Assembly: GCA_965262725.1 (NCBI GenBank)
Contig: OZ253555.1
Span: 3,552,001 to 3,616,000 of the forward strand
Source: Dehalococcoidia bacterium
GTDB taxonomy: Bacteria > Chloroflexota > Dehalococcoidia > UBA2979
Length of the DNA stretch: 64,000 bases
Direction: 5' to 3'
Below the pieces are notes generated by a model, which ran no database searches, was not told the DNA's origin, and saw only the letters and a program-made list of their open reading frames with translations. Numbering within the stretch: position 1 is the stretch's first letter; each line of letters begins with the position of its first letter. A program made the position numbers and the translations under genes. Positions 1-9,768 of the stretch are shown piece by piece.

Positions 1-121
1 GCATCAGCGTGAATCGCGCGCGCCAGTCGAGCGCCACGCCGAGGCTGTCGAAGCCCGGCCCGAGATTGGCGGAGGTCGCAGGGACCTCGACCGTGGCGCT
101 CCGGAGCGGGGGGACGGCCAT
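1..121 (-). CDS. thrB: Homoserine kinase, 5' part only (runs off window)
   Basis: Not in ORF track. Manual translation from ATG at 121: MAVPPLRSATVEVPATSANLGPGFDSLGVALDW, the ThrB N-terminal PATSANLGPGFD motif. Confidence 0.9.
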   Translation of the reverse strand, partial: MAVPPLRSATVEVPATSANLGPGFDSLGVALDWRARFTLM

Positions 122-191
122 GACGGAAGTGTAGACACCGCCCCCGGAGCGAGGAAGGCTGCCCGCGCGTGGGCGGCGGCGCGGCTTGCCG

Positions 192-857
192 TCAGCGAGC
201 GCCGGGGTCCGGCAGCGTCCCCGCCCGCAGCGCCCGCAGCCGCTCCCACGCCCGATCACAGAGCACGGCCGGGGCTTCACGCCCGTCGAGCACCAGCCAC
301 CGTCCGGGCTCGGCCTCGGCGAGCGCCCGGTAGCCCGCCCGGACGCGCTCGTGGAAGGCGATGCCCTCCCGCTCCAGGTAGTCACCCGCCTCGCCCGCCC
401 GCGCCAGTCCCTCCGCCGGGGGGATGTCGAGCAGGAGCGTCAGGTCGGGTGCCAGCCCGCCAGTCGCGGCCGCGTTCACCGACGCCACCAGGGCACGGTC
501 GAGCCCGCGTCCGCCGTGCTGATAGGCGAGTGTCGAATCGGCGTAGCGATCGCAGATGACCAGCGCCCCGCGGGCGAGCGCCGGGCGCAGCACCTCCGAG
601 ACGAGCTGCCCGCGCGCGGCCGCGAAGACGAGCAACTCCGCCTCGGGCACCGGCGCCGGCGCGCCCGGGGCGTCGCCGAGGAGCGCCCGGCGGAGTCGCT
701 CGCCGAGCGCCGTACCCCCGGGCTCACGGCACGCCACCACCTCGCCGCCCGCGTCTCGCGCGCGCGCAGCGAGCATCGCCTGCAGCGTGCTCTTCCCTGC
801 GCCCTCACCCCCCTCGACCGTCACGAGGAGACCCCGGGCGGGGAGGGGGATGCTCAT
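192..857 (-). CDS. tmk: Thymidylate kinase
   Basis: EGGEGAGKST P-loop, REPGGT, CDRYADST motifs; ATG at 857 overlaps the upstream stop (ATGA). Confidence 0.95.
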   Translation of the reverse strand: MSIPLPARGLLVTVEGGEGAGKSTLQAMLAARARDAGGEVVACREPGGTALGERLRRALLGDAPGAPAPVPEAELLVFAAARGQLVSEVLRPALARGALVICDRYADSTLAYQHGGRGLDRALVASVNAAATGGLAPDLTLLLDIPPAEGLARAGEAGDYLEREGIAFHERVRAGYRALAEAEPGRWLVLDGREAPAVLCDRAWERLRALRAGTLPDPGAR

Positions 858-2560
858 TCGACCGCCGCGGCGTCGTCGTCGGCATCCACCCACGGCGCCC
901 ACGGCTCGGGCCTCTCCCCCGCCATCACGGTGAGCCGCCGGTAGGGCTCCCGACCCCGGGAGACCGAGCGCAGACCGTGGCGCGAGACGAGCTCGTGCTG
1001 GACGCGGCGAAGGTAGGCGCCCTGGGGCGCGAGCTCGACACTCCGCCTCCCGCGCAGGGAGACGGTTGCGATCGCCATTTCCGCCTCCCGGAGCGCCGCC
1101 GTCGTCGGATCGGCGTCGGCGCCGGCACCGCGCATCGCGAGCAGTGACTGCTCCATCTGCACGACCGTGTTGTTGCGGAGCACGAGCACCGGAACGCCGA
1201 GCGCCTCGGCCTCGCGCAGCGGGCCGCTGCGGCGGCGGTAGTAGGGGCGCAGCGTCATCACGGCGTCCGCCTCCCGGAGGCTGTCGGCGACGATCGCCTC
1301 CGAGCGCGTGCTGACGATCGCCTGCTGAAGCCGCGTCCGGCTCACCCCGTAGGGGAGGATGCGCCGCTTCAGGGCGCCGGGAGCGGGGGCGACCGCCGCG
1401 CCGCCCGACGCGGCGCCCGGGGGCGGTACCGGGGTCCGCCCCCGGGCAGGGGCCCCCGCCGGTCCGTCCGCCACCACCGACCGCTCGCCGATCGGCCTCA
1501 CGGGCGAGCGCCCCACCGACTCCACCTCGCCCGCGGCGCCGAGCGTGCGCAGCTCCGCCTCCGCCGCGAAGCCGCGCAGCAGCGCGTCGACGATACCGGC
1601 CAGCTCGCCGTGCACCGCGACCCGGTGGAAGCTCTGGATCTCGACCAGCGCGTCGAAGGTCGGCGGGGCGCGCCGCTCGAGCACCGTCTTCTGCGTTCCG
1701 CGGCGCCGCGCCTCCTCGTCGCCGAGCGTGACCGACTCAATGCCGCCGATCAGGTCCGAGAGCGTGGGGTTCTGCATCAGGTTGGCGAGCGTGTTCCCGT
1801 GCGCCGTCCCGATCAACTGCACGCCGCGCTCGGCGATGGTCCGCGCCGCCGCCGCCTCCCGCTCGGTCCCAATCTCGTCGATCACGACGACCTCGGGCAT
1901 GTGGTTCTCCACCGCCTCGATCATCACCTCGTGCTGGAGCTCAGGGCGCGGCACCTGCATGCGCCGCGCCCGGCCGATGGCGTGGTGCGGTATGTCCCCG
2001 TCGCCGGCGATCTCGTTCGACGTGTCGACGATGACGACGCGCCGCCCGATGTCGTCGGCGAGGATACGCGCCAGCTCACGCAGCATCGTCGTCTTGCCGA
2101 CCCCGGGGCGGCCGAGCAGCAGAATGCTCCGCCCATCCTCCGCCAGATCCTGGATCCCGCTGGCGGAGCCGGTGATGGAACGCCCGACGCGGCAGGTGAG
2201 CCCGATAATCGACCCGCGGCGATTGCGGATCGCCGAGACGCGGTGAAGCGTGCGCGGGATGCCGGCGCGGTTGTCCTCGCCGAACTCCGAGACCGATCCG
2301 ACCACGTGATCGAGCTCGAGCGCCGTGACCTCGCCCGAGCCCAGGATGACCTCGCGCGAGGCGTAGCGGGCCGCCGGCGGGCGACCGAGGTCGAGCACGA
2401 CCTCGATCAGATCCTCGAGCCCCTCCTCGCGGACCGCGCCCGCGATGCGCGCGGGCAGCGCCTCGATCAGGAGCTCGACCTCGGGGAGGCCCTCCCCTCC
2501 GGCCCCCTCCGGTGCGGCGACCTCGCCGCGGGCGTCACCCTCGTTCGGAGCGTCGTTCAT
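854..2560 (-). CDS. SpoIIIAA/Ycf45-like AAA ATPase with C-terminal R3H domain
   Basis: GRPGVGKTT Walker A, VVIDEIG Walker B, TAHG; C-terminal LAPQGAYLRRVQHELV R3H-like motif. Start chosen at MNDAP. Confidence 0.88.
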   Translation of the reverse strand: MNDAPNEGDARGEVAAPEGAGGEGLPEVELLIEALPARIAGAVREEGLEDLIEVVLDLGRPPAARYASREVILGSGEVTALELDHVVGSVSEFGEDNRAGIPRTLHRVSAIRNRRGSIIGLTCRVGRSITGSASGIQDLAEDGRSILLLGRPGVGKTTMLRELARILADDIGRRVVIVDTSNEIAGDGDIPHHAIGRARRMQVPRPELQHEVMIEAVENHMPEVVVIDEIGTEREAAAARTIAERGVQLIGTAHGNTLANLMQNPTLSDLIGGIESVTLGDEEARRRGTQKTVLERRAPPTFDALVEIQSFHRVAVHGELAGIVDALLRGFAAEAELRTLGAAGEVESVGRSPVRPIGERSVVADGPAGAPARGRTPVPPPGAASGGAAVAPAPGALKRRILPYGVSRTRLQQAIVSTRSEAIVADSLREADAVMTLRPYYRRRSGPLREAEALGVPVLVLRNNTVVQMEQSLLAMRGAGADADPTTAALREAEMAIATVSLRGRRSVELAPQGAYLRRVQHELVSRHGLRSVSRGREPYRRLTVMAGERPEPWAPWVDADDDAAAVE

Positions 2561-2618
2561 CGCCGCCCACTCGCTCTCCCGGCCGGACGTGGCGCGGCGC
2601 CGCCCCCCGGCCGCACCG

Positions 2619-3626
2619 CTAGCTCCCGCCCGCCACCACGACGCCCGCACCGCGTCGGGCGGCTTCCACCACCACGCGGCGCGTCCGTATCGCCAGCAGC
2701 TCCACTTCGCGACCGGGCATGAGCCCATGCTCGCCGAGCAGCCCCTCCACCGCCACGGCGGAGCGCGGCACCAGCGAGACGACCCGCCCGCACCGCGCCG
2801 TCACGTCGTGGGCGTGCCACAGGAGCGCCCGGCCGCCCTCCCGGCTCTCTCGTGCGGCCGCCCGCGAGACGCCGCCCTCCGGCTCCCCCGCGCCCGACGG
2901 TTCGCAGAGGAGATCCACCTGTCCCTGCGCCCCCTGGGCGCTGACCCGCACCGCCGCGACCAGGCGGCCCCCCGACTCCGCCACCCAGTGGCGTCCGCGG
3001 CGCCCCAGCCAGCGGCTCCCGTCAAGCGCCCGCCACTCGGCGAGCGTGAGCCCGAGCGCCCGTCGGGCGTCGACCGGCGTCTGGGCACTGTACAGGCGGA
3101 AGAGCTCGCCCTCGTCCTCCGCGCGGACCTCGCGCACGACCACCGACGACCGACCCCGCCCCTCCGCGGGGCGCAGGCCCGACCCCGTCCAGAGGCGCTC
3201 CGTCGACACGTGCCGGAATCCCGCGCGAAGCGCCGCGCTCACGGCGGCGGCGGCCGGCGTGCGCAGCAGGACGTGGCCCACCCGCTCCGCGGCCGCCGCC
3301 TCGGCGACTCGCCGCAGCAGCCGGCCGGCGATGCCGACGTCGTCCGCCTCCGGCTCCGGCCGCGCGGTGAGCAGCGTGTCGATCTGCCAGGCCTCGCGGG
3401 TCGCCATGCGCTGAGCCGTCGCCACACCCGCTATCCGGCGCCCCTCGATCTCGAACCACGCGAGCCCGCGCAGGCGGATCCAGCTCTCGACGGCGGTCAC
3501 GATCGGGCGCCGCACCGGCCGGGGGCGGGCGAGCAACTCGCGCGTGACGGCCTGGTTCTCGCCGAGCCCGTCGTCCGATAGGGCGAGCGCGAGCAGGTCG
3601 GCCGGACGCGGCAGGCGGCGGCTCAT
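2619..3626 (-). CDS. Hypothetical protein, probable tandem GNAT-fold
   Basis: ATG at 3626 overlaps pdxT stop; WQIDTLL...GIAGRLL...RAGF resemble GNAT motifs. Confidence 0.6.
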   Translation of the reverse strand: MSRRLPRPADLLALALSDDGLGENQAVTRELLARPRPVRRPIVTAVESWIRLRGLAWFEIEGRRIAGVATAQRMATREAWQIDTLLTARPEPEADDVGIAGRLLRRVAEAAAAERVGHVLLRTPAAAAVSAALRAGFRHVSTERLWTGSGLRPAEGRGRSSVVVREVRAEDEGELFRLYSAQTPVDARRALGLTLAEWRALDGSRWLGRRGRHWVAESGGRLVAAVRVSAQGAQGQVDLLCEPSGAGEPEGGVSRAAARESREGGRALLWHAHDVTARCGRVVSLVPRSAVAVEGLLGEHGLMPGREVELLAIRTRRVVVEAARRGAGVVVAGGS

Positions 3627-4288
3627 GCGGCGGGTCCCGTAGCCCCCGCCACCCCGTGGGCGAGCGCCTCGCCGGCGAGCGCGAGGAAGAGTTCGTGCAG
3701 GCGCGAGTCGTCGGTCAGCTCGGGGTGGAAGGCCGTGGCGAGGAGCGCCCCCTGCCGGGCGGCCACGACACCCCCGTCGGGCCGGCGCGCCAGCGGCCGA
3801 ACGGCCGGACCCAGCTCCTCGAACACCGGCGCGCGGATGAAGACCGCACGATGCGGCCCTCCGGCGATGCCGTCCACCGCGAGCATCTCCTCGAAGGAGT
3901 CGATCTGCCGTCCGAAGGCGTTGCGACGCACGCGCATCGCCATCACACCGAGCGGCTCGCGATCGAGCTCCGGAACGTCGTTCGCGAGCAGGATGGCGCC
4001 GGCGCACGTACCCCATGCCGGCATCCCCCCGGCGAGCCGCTCGCCGAGCGGCTCCCAGAGCCCCGACGAGCGCGCGAGCCGGGCGATCGTCGTGCTCTCT
4101 CCCCCCGGGAGGATCAGCGCGTCGACCGCGTCAAGCTCGGGCGGGGTGCGCACGAGCGCCGCCTCGACGCCCAGGTCGAGCAGCATCCGCCGGTGTTCGC
4201 GGAAGTCACCCTGCAGCGCGAGCACGCCGATGCGCGGGCCGCCGGCCGCCGCGGCGGCGCCGTCTGCTCCGCTAGCGGGCTCCCTCAC
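3623..4288 (-). CDS. pdxT: PLP synthase glutaminase subunit
   Basis: GVLALQG, PGGESTT, GTCAG, FIRAP, FHPE motifs. Confidence 0.96.
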   Translation of the reverse strand: MREPASGADGAAAAAGGPRIGVLALQGDFREHRRMLLDLGVEAALVRTPPELDAVDALILPGGESTTIARLARSSGLWEPLGERLAGGMPAWGTCAGAILLANDVPELDREPLGVMAMRVRRNAFGRQIDSFEEMLAVDGIAGGPHRAVFIRAPVFEELGPAVRPLARRPDGGVVAARQGALLATAFHPELTDDSRLHELFLALAGEALAHGVAGATGPAA

Positions 4289-4392
4289 GGCGCTGTTGCT
4301 GGGCAGGGGGTTCCTCTCTGACGCGCCCGCTGGGCCACGAGCGCGATCGCCTCAGCCGGCCGCCTCGCGGCCGGGCACGCGCCGGTCCGGCG

Positions 4393-5349
4393 TCAGATCC
4401 CCCGGGCGGCGAGCTGCTCACCGGGGGCAAGCGACCCGACCGCGATGCCGCGCATCGGCTCGCCGATGCCGCGGGAGACCTCGGCGAGCATCGCCGCATC
4501 CTGGTAGTGCGTCACCGCCCGCACGATGGCGCTCGCCATGCGGGCCGGGCTGTCCGACTTGAAGATGCCGGATCCGACGAAGACGCCGTCGGCCCCGAGC
4601 TGCATCATCAGCGCGGCGTCCGCCGGCGTCGCGACACCGCCCGCCGCGAAGTTCACGACCGGAAGTCGCCCCAGCCGCTTCACCTCCTGAACCAGCGGGA
4701 GCGAGACGGCGAGCTCCTTCGCGAGCGAGGGGAGCTCGTCCTCCGGCGTCGACTCGGCGCGGCGTATCCCGGCCCACACGGCGCGCATGTGCCTCACCGC
4801 CTCGACGATATCGCCAGTTCCCGCCTCCCCCTTCGTCCGGATCATCGCCGCGCCCTCGGCGATGCGCCGGAGCGCCTCGTCGAGACCGCGGGCGCCGCAG
4901 ACGAAGGGGACGCGGAAGCGGTGCTTGTCGATGTGATGCTCCTCGTCGGCCGGCGTCAGCACCTCGGACTCATCGACGTAGTCGACGCCGATGGCCTCGA
5001 GGATCTGGGCCTCGACGAAGTGGCCGATGCGGGCCTTCGCCATGACCGGGATGGTGACGGCCTCGCAGATTCGCTCGATCAGGTCGACGCGGCTCATCCG
5101 CGCCACGCCCCCCGTGGCACGGATATCGGAGGGGACGCGCTCCAGCGCCATCACAGCGCAGGCACCCGCCTCCTCGGCGATCCGGGCGTGCTCCTCCGTG
5201 ACGACGTCCATGATCACGCCGCCCTTGAGCATCTGCGCGAGGCCGGACTTCACCGTCCACGTCGCCGCCTGCGCGTCGTCTGCGTGAGCACCGTTGTCCC
5301 CGGCCAGCGCCGCATCGCCGGTCGCGTGCCCTGCTGCCGAGTCGTTCAT
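4393..5349 (-). CDS. pdxS: PLP synthase lyase subunit
   Basis: [48 protein letters not shown]. Confidence 0.98.
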   Translation of the reverse strand: MNDSAAGHATGDAALAGDNGAHADDAQAATWTVKSGLAQMLKGGVIMDVVTEEHARIAEEAGACAVMALERVPSDIRATGGVARMSRVDLIERICEAVTIPVMAKARIGHFVEAQILEAIGVDYVDESEVLTPADEEHHIDKHRFRVPFVCGARGLDEALRRIAEGAAMIRTKGEAGTGDIVEAVRHMRAVWAGIRRAESTPEDELPSLAKELAVSLPLVQEVKRLGRLPVVNFAAGGVATPADAALMMQLGADGVFVGSGIFKSDSPARMASAIVRAVTHYQDAAMLAEVSRGIGEPMRGIAVGSLAPGEQLAARGI

Positions 5350-5441
5350 CGGTCCTCCCCGCGCCCTGTGGCGTTCTGACTGCTATTGTATCGCGCGCGC
5401 AGCTGCCGGTGGCGCCGGCGCGCTCCTGCTACGCTCCCCAG

Positions 5442-6026
5442 ATGAGGTCGCCGCCGGAAAGCCCGTGGATCGCCCGCCGCGCGCTACCCGCCGACGTGTT
5501 GATCGGCCTGATCGCCGACACGCACATCCCCGAGGCGCGCGCGACGCTCTGGGAGGAGGTCTACAGGGCCCTCGACGGCGTCGGCGCGATCCTCCACGCC
5601 GGCGACATGCACGACGTGGTGGTGCTCGACTGGCTCGAGCGGGTCGCGCCGGTGATCGCGGTGCGCGGCAACGGCGACGACGGCGGGAGCGGACGACCGG
5701 TGCAGCCGCACGATTCGCGGCTCGCGCACAACCAGGTGGTCACGGCCGGCGATCTCCGCATCGGGATGACGCATACCTTCAACGATCTGACCGCCCTCGG
5801 CACGAGCGTCGCGCAGCAGATCGCACGCCACTTCGGCGAACCCGTCGACGTCGTGGTCGCCGGCGACACGCACGTGCCCGAGGTGACCGAGCTCGGCGGC
5901 GTGCTGCTGGTGAACCCCGGCTCTCCCACCCTGCCGCGCAACCTCCAGACGCAGCTCGGGACCGTCGGCTTCCTCGACGTGCGGGCGGGGCGCGTCGCCG
6001 ACGCCTGGATCGAGCTCCTGCACTGA
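5442..6026 (+). CDS. YfcE/MJ0936-family metallophosphoesterase
   Basis: ADTH, HAGD, RGNGD, GDTH, NPGS motifs; extended -10 TGcTACGCT 6 nt upstream of ATG 5442. Confidence 0.88.
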   Translation: MRSPPESPWIARRALPADVLIGLIADTHIPEARATLWEEVYRALDGVGAILHAGDMHDVVVLDWLERVAPVIAVRGNGDDGGSGRPVQPHDSRLAHNQVVTAGDLRIGMTHTFNDLTALGTSVAQQIARHFGEPVDVVVAGDTHVPEVTELGGVLLVNPGSPTLPRNLQTQLGTVGFLDVRAGRVADAWIELLH

Positions 6027-6132
6027 CGGGGAGCGCGCCCCCTCCGGGCCATCCTCCGCAGGCGGCGCCCGCCGCGCGCCCGTGTCCGCGCACCACGGCC
6101 CGGCGCCACTCCGGCTGGCCGGGCGCACTCCG

Positions 6133-6161
6133 TTGACACCCCGCCCGACGCCGCCTAGCAT
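6133..6161 (+). promoter_or_regulatory. Sigma70-type promoter of the USP-trkA-pheA-fpg operon
   Basis: TTGACA (6133-6138), 17 nt spacer, TAGCAT (6156-6161). Confidence 0.75.
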
Positions 6162-6198
6162 CCCGCCGAGCGCGCGGGCGAAGGCCACCGGAGGCGCC

Positions 6199-6420
6199 GT
6201 GCGACGAGTCGATCTCGTGCTCGGTTGGAGCTTCCTCGCCGGCGGCTCCGTAGCGCTCCTCGCCGTCGTCGCGACAGCGCAGTGGGTCTCCATGGGCACG
6301 CTGCTGGGCGCGGTCATGCTGGCGAACGCAGCCGTGCGGCTCCGCCTCGCTCACGGGGACGCCGCATTGTCCGGGCCCTGTCCGCGGAGAGACGGTCCCG
6401 CGCCGTCGGTGGGGCGATGA
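6199..6420 (+). CDS. Small two-TM membrane protein
   Basis: GGAGG then GTG 6199; two hydrophobic segments; stop overlaps next ATG (ATGA). Confidence 0.6.
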   Translation: MRRVDLVLGWSFLAGGSVALLAVVATAQWVSMGTLLGAVMLANAAVRLRLAHGDAALSGPCPRRDGPAPSVGR

Positions 6421-6917
6421 CCCCCGACCCGCTGGCGAACCTGAGGTCGCTTCTGGTCCCGATCGACGACTCCGGGGCCAGCTGGCAGGCGCTCTCCGTC
6501 GCCTGCGACATCGCCCGCCGCGGCAAGAGCCGCCGCGTCCTCGCCATGCACGTGATCGAGGTACCGCGGCGCCTCCCGCTCGACGCCGAGATGGTCGCGG
6601 AGTTCGAACACGGCGATCGCATCCTCGAGCGCGCCGAATCGCTGGCGCGTGCGCAGCGCGTCGACATCGCCGCCGACCTCGTGCAGGCGCGGGAGGCGGG
6701 GACCGCGATCGTCGACGAGGCCAGGGAGCGCGGCGTGGACGCGATCGTCATCGGGATCGACTATCACCGGCCCCACGGCACCTTCCAGCTCGGTCGTCTC
6801 CCCCGCTACGCGCTCGAGCACGCCCCCTGCGAGGTCTGGTTGATCCGGTACCCGCCGGAGCCGGACTCAGCCGGCGCGTCGGGGGCCCGGCGCGACGACG
6901 GCACCGAGAACGGCTAG
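6417..6917 (+). CDS. Universal stress protein (UspA family)
   Basis: LLVPIDDS..., MHVIEVP, AIVDEARERGVDAIVIG, HAPCEVWL. Confidence 0.88.
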   Translation: MTPDPLANLRSLLVPIDDSGASWQALSVACDIARRGKSRRVLAMHVIEVPRRLPLDAEMVAEFEHGDRILERAESLARAQRVDIAADLVQAREAGTAIVDEARERGVDAIVIGIDYHRPHGTFQLGRLPRYALEHAPCEVWLIRYPPEPDSAGASGARRDDGTENG

Positions 6918-6947
6918 CCTCGTGCCCGGACGACCGGGGGGACGAGC

Positions 6948-7382
6948 ATGAGAGTCATCGTCATGGGCTGCGGTCGCGTCGGATCCACCGTCGCCCGGCG
7001 TGTCGCCGCCGCCGGCCATGCGGTGACGGTGCTCGACACCGACCGCTACTCCTTCCGGCGGCTGGCCCCCGGCTTCCCGGGCCAGTCGCTCGTCGGCGAC
7101 GGGACGCGCCACCGCTCCCTGGAGGAGGCCGGCATCCGCGACGCGGACGCCTTCCTGGCGCTCACGCAGGGCGACAATCGCAATATCCTCGCCTCGCAGA
7201 TTGCGAAGCACCTCTACAGCATTCCCACGGTCGTGACGCGCGTCTACGACCCGTACCGCGCCGAGATCTTCGGACAGCTTGGCCTCAACACGTTCAGTCC
7301 CACCAACGTCGGCGCGGACATGGCGTGGGCGGCGCTCTTCGGCAGCGAGGACCCGGCCGGCGCCGCGGCGGCCAGGGCGTAG
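6948..7382 (+). CDS. TrkA/KtrA-family RCK_N-only protein
   Basis: MGCGRVG Rossmann motif, ALTQGDNRN; no RCK_C domain. Confidence 0.88.
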   Translation: MRVIVMGCGRVGSTVARRVAAAGHAVTVLDTDRYSFRRLAPGFPGQSLVGDGTRHRSLEEAGIRDADAFLALTQGDNRNILASQIAKHLYSIPTVVTRVYDPYRAEIFGQLGLNTFSPTNVGADMAWAALFGSEDPAGAAAARA

Positions 7383-7384
7383 CG

Positions 7385-8074
7385 ATGTACATCATCGTCG
7401 TCGGCGGCGGGCGCGTCGGGCGGGGTCTCGCGCTCGAGCTGCAGGAGCAGCCCGACCACGAGGTCGTCGTGATCGAGCGCGGAGCGGAGCGCGTCACGGA
7501 GCTACGCGAGGAACTCGGCGAGATGGTGGTGCGCGGCGACGGCACGGAGGTGGCCCTGCTCGAGAGCGCCGGCGCCTTCCGCTGCGATCTCCTGATCTCG
7601 CTCACCGACAACGACGCGCACAACCTCGTCGCCTGCCAGGTCGCGGCGCACCATTTCGGCGTGCCCCGCACCATCGCGCGCGTCGACGACCCGAGCAACG
7701 AGCGGCTCTTCCGCCTGCTCGGGGTCGGCGAGACGATCTCGGCGGCACGGGCCGTGATGGCGCAGATCGAGGCGACCCTGCCGGAGCACACCGTCGTCCC
7801 GCTGCTGCCGCTGCACAGCTCGGGCCTGCAGATCGTCGAACTCCACGTCCAGCCGGGCTCGCCTGCATGCGGCAAGGCGATCCGGGATCTGGTCCTGCCG
7901 CAGCCCTCCCTGATCTCGCTGGTGATCCGGCCGGACGGTGAGCCCAGGATCCCCAGCGGGGACACGGTGCTCCAGGCGGGTGACGAGGTGATCGCGGTGA
8001 CGCCCGAGGACGCGGAGGCGCAGCTGCGCGCACTGATCGCCACCCCGGACCAGCCGCCCGAGGAGCAGGCGTGA
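7385..8074 (+). CDS. trkA: TrkA-family potassium uptake protein (RCK_N + RCK_C)
   Basis: VGGGRVG, GDGT, C-terminal IPSGDTVLQAGDEV. Confidence 0.88.
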   Translation: MYIIVVGGGRVGRGLALELQEQPDHEVVVIERGAERVTELREELGEMVVRGDGTEVALLESAGAFRCDLLISLTDNDAHNLVACQVAAHHFGVPRTIARVDDPSNERLFRLLGVGETISAARAVMAQIEATLPEHTVVPLLPLHSSGLQIVELHVQPGSPACGKAIRDLVLPQPSLISLVIRPDGEPRIPSGDTVLQAGDEVIAVTPEDAEAQLRALIATPDQPPEEQA

Positions 8075-8910
8075 TCCGGCTGACCCACCTCGGACCGCGC
8101 GGGACCTACACCGAGGCCGCCGCCTCCCTCTACGACCCGGGCGCCGAACTGGTGCCCGTCTCCACCGTCTCCGAGGCCGTAGCGACGGTCGAGCGCGGGG
8201 AGGCACAGGCGTGCGTCTGCGCCCTCGAGAACTCGCTGGAGGGCGGCGTCCGGGACACTCTCGACCAGCTGCTGCGCGAGGATCTGGCCCTCGACATCTC
8301 GGCCGAGCTCGTGCTCCCGATCCGCCACGCACTCGTCGGAGCGGCCGGCTCGGACCCGGCCGCCGCGACGGTCGTCTACTCGCATCCGCAGGCCCTGGCG
8401 CAGTGCCGTCACCAGCTTCAGGCGATCGCCCCCGGGGCGCATCCCGTGGCGTCGCTCTCGACCGCGGCCGCCATCGAGTCGGCGCTCTCAGAGCCCGGGG
8501 CGCTCGCCATCGGCAACGCACGCGCGGCCGACCTCTACGGGGCCCGGGTCCTCCACCCCGACCTCGCCGACGAGTCCGACAACGAGACGCGCTTCGTCGT
8601 GCTGGCCGCGACGGACCACCCGGCCACCGGCGACGACAAGACGTCGATCGCCTTCACGACGCAGCACGACCGGCCGGGCTCCCTGATGGAGGCGCTCACG
8701 CTCTTCTATGAGCAGGACATCAACCTCACCCGCGTCGAGTCCCGCCCGACGCGGCGCCAGCTCGGCACGTATGTCTTCCTGCTCGACATGGAGGGCCACC
8801 GGACCGACGGTCGCATCGCCGAGGCGCTTCGGGACCTCGGAGAACTCGCCGAATGGCTGCGCGTCTTCGGGTCCTACCCACGCTGGCGCGGCCCTCGCGC
8901 CCGGGACTAG
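8071..8910 (+). CDS. pheA: Prephenate dehydratase
   Basis: LGPRGTY, ENSLEG, SHPQALAQC, NETRF, ACT domain ESRP. Confidence 0.95.
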   Translation: MIRLTHLGPRGTYTEAAASLYDPGAELVPVSTVSEAVATVERGEAQACVCALENSLEGGVRDTLDQLLREDLALDISAELVLPIRHALVGAAGSDPAAATVVYSHPQALAQCRHQLQAIAPGAHPVASLSTAAAIESALSEPGALAIGNARAADLYGARVLHPDLADESDNETRFVVLAATDHPATGDDKTSIAFTTQHDRPGSLMEALTLFYEQDINLTRVESRPTRRQLGTYVFLLDMEGHRTDGRIAEALRDLGELAEWLRVFGSYPRWRGPRARD

Positions 8911-8931
8911 CGGGCGCGAGGCGTCGCCCCC

Positions 8932-9744
8932 GTGCCCGAGATACCCGACCTGGAGGCGATCCGCGGCTTCCTCGGGACCGCGCTCGCCGGACGGCCGGTC
9001 GAGGCGGTGGAGGTCCGCCTCCCGTGGCTCATCCGGAGCGAGCAGCGGCTCGAGAGCCTGGTCGGACACGTGCTCGGTCCGGTAGAGCGGCGCGGGAAGT
9101 TCCTGCTGATCACAGTCGACGACGGGTGCACCGTGGTCATGAACGCGATGCTGACGGGACGCTTCCAGTGGGCGGAGGCCGGCACGAGGCGGCGACCGCA
9201 CTACGCGGTGGTCCTCGCCTTCGCCGAGGGACGCGAACTTCGCTACATGGACGCACGGCGGATGGGCCGCTGGTACGTCGTGCCCGCAGCCCAGCTCCAT
9301 TCCGTCCCGCAGCTCGCCGACCTCGGACCCGATGCGCTCGCCGTCACAGAGGACGAGTTCATCGAGCGACTGCGCCGCCATCGCGGCCAGATCAAGCCCA
9401 CGCTGACCAACCAGCGCTTCGTCGCGGGTATCGGGAACGCGTACTCGGACGAGATACTGTGGGAGGCCCGGCTGCACCCACACCGCCGCCGCGCGACAAT
9501 GGACGACGAGGAGCAGCGCCGGCTCTACCGTGCGATGGGCGACGTCTACCGCTGGGCGATTCCGATCGTCGCGCGGGAGGTGGCGGAGGGACTGAACCAG
9601 AGCACACAGGAGTGGCGCGCGCACCTGCGCGTGCACCGGCGTGCGGGCGAGGCCTGCCCGCGCTGCGGTTCGACAGTTCGCGGCCAGCGCCGCGGTGGCA
9701 GCGAGACGAACTACTGCCTGAGCTGCCAGCCGCTCGCGGTATAG
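8932..9744 (+). CDS. Fpg/Nei-family DNA glycosylase/AP lyase
   Basis: N-terminal MPE, RRGK, H2TH GIGNAYSDE, C-terminal CPRC...CLSCQ zinc finger. Confidence 0.92.
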   Translation: MPEIPDLEAIRGFLGTALAGRPVEAVEVRLPWLIRSEQRLESLVGHVLGPVERRGKFLLITVDDGCTVVMNAMLTGRFQWAEAGTRRRPHYAVVLAFAEGRELRYMDARRMGRWYVVPAAQLHSVPQLADLGPDALAVTEDEFIERLRRHRGQIKPTLTNQRFVAGIGNAYSDEILWEARLHPHRRRATMDDEEQRRLYRAMGDVYRWAIPIVAREVAEGLNQSTQEWRAHLRVHRRAGEACPRCGSTVRGQRRGGSETNYCLSCQPLAV

Positions 9745-9768
9745 TGGCCCGAGTTTGGGGGGGCGGGA

